Assembly: GCA_041596615.1 (NCBI GenBank)
Contig: JBFHIG010000002.1
Span: 67,162-131,161 of the forward strand
DNA length: 64,000 bases
Source of the DNA: Candidatus Moraniibacteriota bacterium
GTDB lineage: Bacteria; Patescibacteriota; Minisyncoccia; Moranbacterales; DUUL01
Direction: 5' to 3'
Shown piece after piece: positions 57,580 through 64,000 of this stretch. A program made the position numbers and the translations under genes. Below the pieces are notes generated by a model that saw nothing but the letters and a program-made list of their open reading frames with translations, was not told the DNA's origin and searched no databases. Each line of letters begins with the position of its first letter. The stretch's first letter is position 1.

Positions 57580-58584
57580 TTAAGCATTACCTAAGTATTT
57601 ATCTACCATAGTTTTGTACTTTTCAGCAATCCCCTGTTTTTTCGTAACTAAAACATGATGAGCAATATTAAGCATCATAACTAAGATTCGCATAAAAACA
57701 TCTTCTTCCTTGGAATGCTCTGGCAGACCAAATTCTTCCAAATAGCCCGTCTTGAGCTCTTCAGCTAGTTCGGGGGAACCTAGCACTTCAAAGTTTACTA
57801 AAAGATGATACAGATTTAGGTGTTTTGTTCCGATTTGCCATTCCTTCATTGGAGGAATACCATCAACCACAAATATCTTTCCACTTTTATAAAAAACATT
57901 TTCATCATGATTATCGACTGAAACAACTAGCTGGGTGATATCAATTTCCTGAAATTTTTTCTTATGTTCCTTAATAAACTTTTTTAAATATAGAAAATAC
58001 TCGGCTTTTCTTTGAAGAGAAATAAAATCCACAGAGATATTGTCAAAAAAATCTTCTAAAAATGAAACTCTAGTTTGCACACTCTCGTACCAATTCATTT
58101 GTCCTGCATCAATTGCAAAAGGGAATTCTCTTATTAACAAGGCCATTTCAGCGCCAATTTGCCTTGCTTCCTTATCTGTTAACTTTCCTTCAAGGAGTAT
58201 ATTAAATAAATTATCCTTTTCCTTTAAACGTTCCATGCCTAATACAAAATCGCTTACTTCAGAATTTGTATTTAAAAACGAAACTTGTTCCTTTTCGACT
58301 TTTATGCCATAAAATGTGTGATATGCTCCCTTGCTAAAATAATGATTCCAATCGTATTCCTTTTTCAAGAAAATACTGCGCTGAATTGGATCGTTTAATT
58401 GTCCAGAGATAATATTACTAGAATCATCTCCCCATTTATAGACTTTGTATACATTCTTTTCGAAAAAATATAGGTATGCCAGTTCTGTTTCAAGACATTG
58501 TGGAATCATTCTCTCTTCTGGCAACCCACTAATCTCACCTCTCTTGAATTTTTCGTGTATAATCTTGGCAATTTCTTTATTCAT
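57580..58584 (-). CDS. protein-kinase-like fold phosphotransferase (APH/choline-kinase-like)
   Basis: 334 aa. Catalytic-loop-like SVDNHDENVF (D-x4-N), followed 12 residues later by FVVDG (DFG-equivalent). Confidence 0.45.
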   Translation of the reverse strand: MNKEIAKIIHEKFKRGEISGLPEERMIPQCLETELAYLYFFEKNVYKVYKWGDDSSNIISGQLNDPIQRSIFLKKEYDWNHYFSKGAYHTFYGIKVEKEQVSFLNTNSEVSDFVLGMERLKEKDNLFNILLEGKLTDKEARQIGAEMALLIREFPFAIDAGQMNWYESVQTRVSFLEDFFDNISVDFISLQRKAEYFLYLKKFIKEHKKKFQEIDITQLVVSVDNHDENVFYKSGKIFVVDGIPPMKEWQIGTKHLNLYHLLVNFEVLGSPELAEELKTGYLEEFGLPEHSKEEDVFMRILVMMLNIAHHVLVTKKQGIAEKYKTMVDKYLGNA

Positions 58585-58586
58585 CT

Positions 58587-59375
58587 TTATGAAATAATTG
58601 TTTTAATATCACCATTATTTTTATCGATGGTAATTTTTTTTGTTTCACCGCGAAAAGTTATTTCTCCTAGAAACTGAGTTTCCTCAGAGGTAAAAATATT
58701 TATTTCTAGAGATTCACCATAATTGACACCTCCGTCTTTTTCTAAATCAGTATTAAAAATCTCTTTTATAAAGGGATTAAGCACTTCTGCGTGAGAGGTG
58801 CTAATAAGATGAGGGATACTCTTTATCCCTGGTTGTTTTTTATGATATCCATCGAAAAAAAGTCCTGCAAATTTCAACCCCAAGCTCGCACGTTTCTTTA
58901 TTTTAGTTCTTGGTTCGAAAACCTCTGGGTCGTCAAATCCGATATTCTCAGGGTCGACATACATTGCAGCAAGCTTTTTTCGCTCAGGATCTCTTTCGAC
59001 TTCAATTTCATCAAAAAACTCCCTTGCCTTTTCAACATCACGAAGTTTCATGGGCTTTATTAATGTTGTCTCTCGTCTTTTGCCCCCTCCTACATTCAAT
59101 GATTCCGCGAGAATATCACCTGTTTGCACAGTTCTTTCTGCGGGAGATGTAGCAATAAAAATATCCTCATTCTCTCCGCTAGCTTCTTTTATCTTTTCTG
59201 CCTCCTTGTATATCCCAGCGACGCCTTCCTTTGTTAGTTTGGGATTTTCGAATGACCTTGGTATTTCACCGTGCCTCATAATAGTAAGCCGTGCAAAAAT
59301 TTTCGTCGGTTCCTTTTCCACACTTCTTTCTGCTTTAACTATATTTTTTCCCTCAAAATTTCCAAAAGCTTCCAT
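58587..59375 (-). CDS. histidine phosphatase superfamily (phosphoglycerate-mutase-like) protein
   Basis: LTIMRHGE (RHG motif), ATSPAERTVQT, STSHAEVL (second His). Confidence 0.65.
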   Translation of the reverse strand: MEAFGNFEGKNIVKAERSVEKEPTKIFARLTIMRHGEIPRSFENPKLTKEGVAGIYKEAEKIKEASGENEDIFIATSPAERTVQTGDILAESLNVGGGKRRETTLIKPMKLRDVEKAREFFDEIEVERDPERKKLAAMYVDPENIGFDDPEVFEPRTKIKKRASLGLKFAGLFFDGYHKKQPGIKSIPHLISTSHAEVLNPFIKEIFNTDLEKDGGVNYGESLEINIFTSEETQFLGEITFRGETKKITIDKNNGDIKTIIS

Positions 59376-59464
59376 AATAATATTAATTTAAAATTAATCT
59401 TTCTTTAAATCCTTTACATTATAACATATGCGATATTAAGCCCCCTTATAAGTCACTCAATTTA

Positions 59465-59502
59465 GATACCAAAAAACAACCTTCTCTTACGATTGGGTTG
59501 TT
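59465..59502 (-). terminator. intrinsic terminator of ileS
   Basis: Minus strand: AACAACC...GGTTGTT plus TTTTTTGG. Confidence 0.65.
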
Positions 59503-59529
59503 TTTCGTTCAGGCCTTATTTATATTCTT

Positions 59530-62499
59530 CTATGAAATTTTCTTCAACCAAAATTCAACTTCCGTGCCGTTGACTGAAACTTTTTGGTTATAAGCATTGT
59601 CTTCTCTTTTGGTATTTTCCAACTTTTCAGCTAAAACCTCTTTTGCGATTTCTTCGCTAAATTTTTCAAAGATTACTTCCCCCCCAACATAATTAACTTC
59701 AATTCTGTCTTCGATTTCAAAATCAGCCTTTTTTCTTGCGCTTTGGATAAATCTTACTAGTTCTCGCATATCGCCTTCGAGCTCCAATTCTTCTGTCAAT
59801 TCTAGATTCAAATAAACGCAAAGCTCGTTATCTTCCTTTTGCTTTAATTGTTCATTATCTGTTACTTTTTCGCTAATTTGTGCAACATTTTTCACGTTAA
59901 CTTCGTCCTTGATAAGTTCTAGATATTCTTCTCCCAATTCAACTTTGCTAGCAAAAACCAGCAATTCACTTAATGGTTGTCTGACTTTAAGTTTATTTTC
60001 AGATCTTAAATTCAGCCCAAACTCAATGGCTTTTCTGGTCGATGCCATTTTCTTGCTTATTTCTTCATCAATCAATTTTTTATTTGCGACTGGATAGTCT
60101 ACAAGATGCACTGATTCTTCACCTGTTAGGTTGCGATAAATCTCATCTGCCACAAAAGGTGTAAAAGGTGCAATCAATTTTGAAAATTCCACCAACACGG
60201 TCCAGAGAGTTTGATATGCGTCATGCTTATCAGAGTCACTCTCACTCTTCCAAAATCGCCTTCTGGAACGTCTAATATACCAATTCGAGAGATTGTCCAC
60301 AAAGGGCAAGAAAAGCCTTGTCGCCTTGTGTAGGCGATATGCCTCCATCTCGACCGCAACTTCTTTTGTTAATTTATGCAGTTCCGAAAGTATCCAGCGA
60401 TCCAAAAGTCCCTCTGGCTCCCAATTCTTATCCTCTTTTGGCTTCCAATTATCAATATTTGCATAAAGCATAAAAAAGGAATAGGAGTTCATAATCATTC
60501 TAAAAGTTCCACGCGAAAGTTCTGCTAGTTCTTTTTCTGCGAAATTTAAATTTTGCGCAGCAACCACTGGTGAAGATGCGAGATAAAATCGCAAAACATC
60601 TGCTCCATATTTCTCCAACATCTCCATTGGATCTGGATAATTTTGTAACCTTTTTGACATTTTCTTCCCATCTTCCGCCAAAACAATCCCGTTAACTATA
60701 ACATTGTCAAAAGCACGATTTTTTTTGATTCCTGCGGCAATTACGTGCAAATAATAGAACCAAGCCCTTGTTTGATCAATCCCTTCGGCAATAAAATTTG
60801 CCGGAAAACTTTTTTCCACCTTCTCTTTATTTTCAAATGGATAATGATTTTGAGCATAGGGCATGGAACCTGACTCAAACCAACAATCCAAAACATCAGG
60901 AATTCTCTTCATCTGCCCTCCACATTCCGCACAAGCAAAGGTCAATTTATCAACACTATGTTTGTGCAAGTCATCTACCTTCTCTCCTGTCAGTGCTTCA
61001 AGCTCCGCAATTGAGCCAATTACTTTGATTTCTCCACAAGCACAACGCCAAAGAGGAATTACACTGGCCCAATATCTCTGACGAGAAATTGACCAATCTC
61101 TTGCACCTTCAAGCCAATTTCCCCAACGTCCTTCCTTGATATTCTCCGGTGACCAGTTGATATCTTTGGCATATTCCAGCATATTTTCTTTAATTTTGGT
61201 AACTGAAACAAACCAAGAAGTTGTTGCATAATTCAAAAGAGGTGTATCACAACGCCAACAATGTGGATATGAATGCTCATATTTCTCCTTTGAAAACAAA
61301 AGGCCTCTATGTGCTAGATATTTAATAATCTCGATATCAGTTTTTTGATGTGGATCTTTTTCCCCTTTCTCACCGCGTGGCTTCACGTTTAAGCCGGCAA
61401 ATTCACCTGCTTTTTCGTCAATAGAACCATCCATTGCGACATGCTGCACAAATGGCAAATCATTTTCTTTCCCTAGATTCATGTCGTCATCGCCAAAGGC
61501 TGGTGCAATGTGCACGATTCCCGTTCCTTCTTCAGTGTTCACAAAATCTCCAGCATAAACCTTCCAGCCATTTTCTCGGTTTTTTAAAGTTTCATCTTCT
61601 GAATAATAGTTAAAAAGCGGTTGATATGCCTTACCAATCAAATCAACACCCTTCATTTCCTCAATAATCTCAACATCTTGTCCTGCAAAAAGGGTTTCTG
61701 ATTTTTCTTTTGCAATGATAAATCTAACTAAATTTCCCTCTCCCTCATCTTTTTTCTCAATCTTCACATAGTCAATATCTTTTCCAACAGCAAGGGCAAC
61801 ATTTCCAATTAATGTCCAGGGGGTGGTTGTCCAAGCTAAGATAGAGGTATTTTCTTCATCAAGTAATTTAAATTCGGCAATTACTGATAAATCCTTGATA
61901 TCCTTATACCCCTCACTCACCTCTGATTGTGAAAGTGTGGTTTCACAACGAGGACAAATGTGCATTGAGCGATAGCTTTCATAAACCAAATCAGCATCAT
62001 AGAGTTCTTTAAAAACCCACCAAACAGACTCCATAAAATCTTTGTCCATTGTTTTGTAGCCGTTTTCCATGTCAGCCCAACGCCCAAGACGATTGATCAC
62101 ATGCTTCCAGTCATCCACATATGAGAGCACTCTTGCGCGACAGACTTCGTTGAACTTCTCCACACCAAGCTCTTCAATCTCTTTTTTCTGTGAGATTCCC
62201 AGCTCTTTTTCGGCAATATTTTCAATCGGAAGTCCATGACAATCCCAACCCCAACGTCTTTCTACTCGAAGACCTTTCATTGTCCAAAATCTCGGCACCA
62301 CATCTTTAATCACACTGGCAACAATATGCCCATAATGAGGTGTTCCTGTGGCAAACGGTGGTCCATCGTAGAAATTATACATTTTATCCTTACTCCTATT
62401 TTCTACCGATTTTTCAAAAATCTTATTTTCATTCCAATGAGCAAGTACTTCTGTTTCCATTTCCGTATATTTTCTCTTTGGGTCTAGTTTTTTAAACAT
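59530..62499 (-). CDS. ileS: isoleucine--tRNA ligase (type 2-like architecture)
   Basis: PPFATGTPHYGHIV (HIGH), KKMSKRLQNYPDP (KMSKS), and an editing-domain insertion. Confidence 0.96.
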   Translation of the reverse strand: MFKKLDPKRKYTEMETEVLAHWNENKIFEKSVENRSKDKMYNFYDGPPFATGTPHYGHIVASVIKDVVPRFWTMKGLRVERRWGWDCHGLPIENIAEKELGISQKKEIEELGVEKFNEVCRARVLSYVDDWKHVINRLGRWADMENGYKTMDKDFMESVWWVFKELYDADLVYESYRSMHICPRCETTLSQSEVSEGYKDIKDLSVIAEFKLLDEENTSILAWTTTPWTLIGNVALAVGKDIDYVKIEKKDEGEGNLVRFIIAKEKSETLFAGQDVEIIEEMKGVDLIGKAYQPLFNYYSEDETLKNRENGWKVYAGDFVNTEEGTGIVHIAPAFGDDDMNLGKENDLPFVQHVAMDGSIDEKAGEFAGLNVKPRGEKGEKDPHQKTDIEIIKYLAHRGLLFSKEKYEHSYPHCWRCDTPLLNYATTSWFVSVTKIKENMLEYAKDINWSPENIKEGRWGNWLEGARDWSISRQRYWASVIPLWRCACGEIKVIGSIAELEALTGEKVDDLHKHSVDKLTFACAECGGQMKRIPDVLDCWFESGSMPYAQNHYPFENKEKVEKSFPANFIAEGIDQTRAWFYYLHVIAAGIKKNRAFDNVIVNGIVLAEDGKKMSKRLQNYPDPMEMLEKYGADVLRFYLASSPVVAAQNLNFAEKELAELSRGTFRMIMNSYSFFMLYANIDNWKPKEDKNWEPEGLLDRWILSELHKLTKEVAVEMEAYRLHKATRLFLPFVDNLSNWYIRRSRRRFWKSESDSDKHDAYQTLWTVLVEFSKLIAPFTPFVADEIYRNLTGEESVHLVDYPVANKKLIDEEISKKMASTRKAIEFGLNLRSENKLKVRQPLSELLVFASKVELGEEYLELIKDEVNVKNVAQISEKVTDNEQLKQKEDNELCVYLNLELTEELELEGDMRELVRFIQSARKKADFEIEDRIEVNYVGGEVIFEKFSEEIAKEVLAEKLENTKREDNAYNQKVSVNGTEVEFWLKKIS

Positions 62500-62598
62500 A
62501 ATTGTTGGGTTTTTAAAATTATAATTATTTAATAAATGCGATTATTTGGATAACTGTTTATTATTGTCTTTGAGATCCCTAAAAATGGATGCACTTGA

Positions 62599-62658
62599 GT
62601 ATCTGTTCGTTATCACTTTTCGATTTTCAGACTGTCGAAAGTGATAACGAACAGATAC
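62599..62658. repeat. 24-bp inverted repeat (hairpin) in the spacer between the NDT-like gene and ileS
   Basis: GTATCTGTTCGTTATCACTT(T)TCGA - ttttcagactg - TCGAAAGTGATAACGAACAGATAC. Confidence 0.7.
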
Positions 62659-62701
62659 GGATTTAGTATCATTAAACCAATAAAGGCAAATACTAGCCTG
62701 G

Positions 62702-62742
62702 ATTCCTGACGATGTTTACCCCGCGAATGCTGGGGCAGGAAT
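62702..62742. repeat. GC-rich nested palindromic element (REP-like)
   Basis: ATTCCTG (62702-62708)...CAGGAAT (62736-62742) encloses CCCCG-cgaatg-CTGGGG. Confidence 0.5.
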
Positions 62743-62758
62743 GACACATCCATAAAAA

Positions 62759-63172
62759 TCAAATTGTCCTTAGGAATTCTTCTATTGTTTTAAATCTTTT
62801 CTCGAATATCAAGTAAAGAGTTTCTGGTTTTTCCACTTCGCCAATCAATATAAGTTCTTTCTCTAATCCATAAGCTATTCCAGCTTCAATGTGTACTGCG
62901 TTACCTGCTGGCAAAAGCACAATTACTTTTTCAGATTCTTTAAGTGCATCTAAGTCTTTTTGAAAAACATGTTTATAATATTTATCATTGTAGAAATCTT
63001 TAACATTTTCAAAAACTTGCATTTGCTCCTCCACATCTTTCTCTGGATTCTTTGGGTCAGCGGGCATATCACAGAAATTATGACAGCTAAAGCCCTTTTT
63101 TCTTATTTCTCGAACCAAACGGTCGACATTTTTCTTGTTTCTAAATTTTGCTAAAACTGTATAGTCAGGCAT
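62759..63172 (-). CDS. nucleoside 2-deoxyribosyltransferase-like (Rossmann-like) protein
   Basis: 137 aa. VIVLLPAGNAVHIEAGIAYGLEKELILIG resembles the NDT-family nucleophile region. Confidence 0.45.
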   Translation of the reverse strand: MPDYTVLAKFRNKKNVDRLVREIRKKGFSCHNFCDMPADPKNPEKDVEEQMQVFENVKDFYNDKYYKHVFQKDLDALKESEKVIVLLPAGNAVHIEAGIAYGLEKELILIGEVEKPETLYLIFEKRFKTIEEFLRTI

Positions 63173-63183
63173 ATTTTTAATTA

Positions 63184-63365
63184 CAAAAAATAAAAATCCC
63201 TACACAAAAAATGCATAAGGACGACAATCGCCGTGGTACCACCTTCTTTTAATTCTGCAACCGGCAGAATTCTCAATTACAGCTATTACGGGCATACCCG
63301 ACGAATTCTACTTCCTTTATGGTTTCTTTTCGTAGCTCCAGAGTGATTGCTCTTTCATCGCTTTT
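63184..63365 (-). promoter_or_regulatory. T-box riboswitch leader (probable Ile specificity)
   Basis: Minus strand reads as follows. Stem I start GCGAUGAAAGAGCA (63361-63348). Stem III AAUUCUGC-cggu-UGCAGAAUU (63271-63251). T-box core AAGGUGGUACCACGG (63245-63231). Antiterminator: AAGG/CCUU helix, bulge UGGUACC, ACGGC-gauu-GUCGU. Competing terminator UCCUUA...UAGGGA plus UUUUUAUUUUUU (63221-63184). Confidence 0.7.
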
Positions 63366-63542
63366 TACCTTTCTACAATAATTGAAAAACTCCTTTTTGT
63401 AAAGAGACTTTCTTGCACAATACTTTGCTTTAAAATATCTATTATGCTAGAATAAAGTCAAAGTTAAGTATATATTTGCTATGATTTTTATAGCATGTTT
63501 AACTTTACGCATATATTATGTAAAGAAATAAATTAGAAAATT

Positions 63543-63890
63543 ATGTTAGAAAAAACAACATTGAAAGAGTTGAAAGGAATGCTACTCGAAGAAAAAAATA
63601 AATTAGAAGCCAACCTTGCTAAGATTGCCATTAAAACAGAAGATGGATACAAGGCAAGGATTGAAGATCTTGGAAGAGAAGAAGATGACAACGCAGAAGA
63701 AATGGAGGAAAAAGAAGCAAGTCAGGGGCTTATTAATGTTTTAAGTGGAAATCTAAAAGAAGTAGATGGGGCACTTGCAAAGATGGAAAATGGAACATAT
63801 GGTCACTGTGAAAACTGTGATGAAGAAATTCCAGTTGAAAGATTGCGAGCATATCCTGCTGCAACAAGTTGTGTAAAATGTACAGACTAA
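63543..63890 (+). CDS. DksA/TraR-family C4 zinc-finger protein
   Basis: Coiled-coil N-terminal part, then GHCENCDEEIPVERLRAYPAATSCVKC. Confidence 0.8.
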   Translation: MLEKTTLKELKGMLLEEKNKLEANLAKIAIKTEDGYKARIEDLGREEDDNAEEMEEKEASQGLINVLSGNLKEVDGALAKMENGTYGHCENCDEEIPVERLRAYPAATSCVKCTD

Positions 63891-63894
63891 AGTT

Positions 63895-64000
63895 ATGTGG
63901 GCATTTATAATCCCCTCTGTTATTATTGCACTTGATCAAATTTTAAAATTTTTAGCAAACAAAAATCTTCTGCCTACAGTGGGAGATTTTTTTGAAACCA
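63895..64000 (+). CDS. lspA: lipoprotein signal peptidase II (N-terminal fragment; continues beyond the window)
   Basis: Own translation from ATG 63895: MWAFIIPSVIIALDQILKFLANKNLLPTVGDFFET. The IIALDQxxK pattern is typical of LspA N-termini. Confidence 0.6.
   Translation, partial: MWAFIIPSVIIALDQILKFLANKNLLPTVGDFFET

Overview
The window is AT-rich, tightly packed and uses the standard genetic code, with TGA, TAA and TAG all serving as stops. It looks like a small-genome, Gram-positive-type bacterium. Candidate Phyla Radiation / Patescibacteria is my inference from the gene content and the many membrane-anchored orphan proteins, not a database result.

**Content.** I support about 50 protein genes and 4 tRNAs (Glu-UUC, Thr-UGU, Tyr-GUA, Thr-GGU).
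- Confident housekeeping calls: rlmH, pth, recA, tgt, recO, uvrB, secG, rnj, tsf, rpsB, pnp, ileS. A lspA start runs off the right edge.
- An envelope set: LCP, GT4, a flippase-like protein, a GT39-like protein, PrsW-like and RodZ-like proteins.
- A small glycosidase cluster: a clan GH-A enzyme, a DMT transporter and a GH1 enzyme.
- A 600-codon Kelch-like propeller gene at 1-1801 (minus strand) is missing from the ORF track only because it runs off the left edge.
- I found no rRNA, CRISPR array, transposase, integrase or reverse transcriptase.

**Most interesting observations.**
1. A family of three membrane-anchored, Cys-rich proteins with a lysozyme-like (GH73-type) motif. Two sit in tandem, convergent with three tandem paralogous lipoprotein or anchored genes. 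Each of those three carries its own duplicated promoter and terminator. This could be an enzyme/inhibitor or effector/immunity island.
2. Several GC-rich, highly structured non-coding islands in an AT-rich background:
   - 2785-3680, with two GC3-rich mini-ORFs that have consensus expression signals
   - 29181-29331, next to tRNA-Glu
   - 47545-47652
   - 56805-57385, starting from a consensus extended -10 promoter
3. A tRNA operon in which two tRNAs are each preceded, 93 and 98 nt upstream, by an exact 12-nt copy of their own 5' end fused to a GC-rich hairpin.
4. A T-box leader controlling a deoxyribosyltransferase-like gene plus ileS.
5. A membrane-anchored Hsp100/Clp-type double AAA+ protein with a degenerate first ATPase ring.
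6. A kinase-fold / histidine-phosphatase gene pair.
7. A stand-alone pol-beta nucleotidyltransferase with a switch-like 5' UTR around its Shine-Dalgarno (SD) sequence.

All functional readings of these elements are hypotheses. No database search or folding computation was run.
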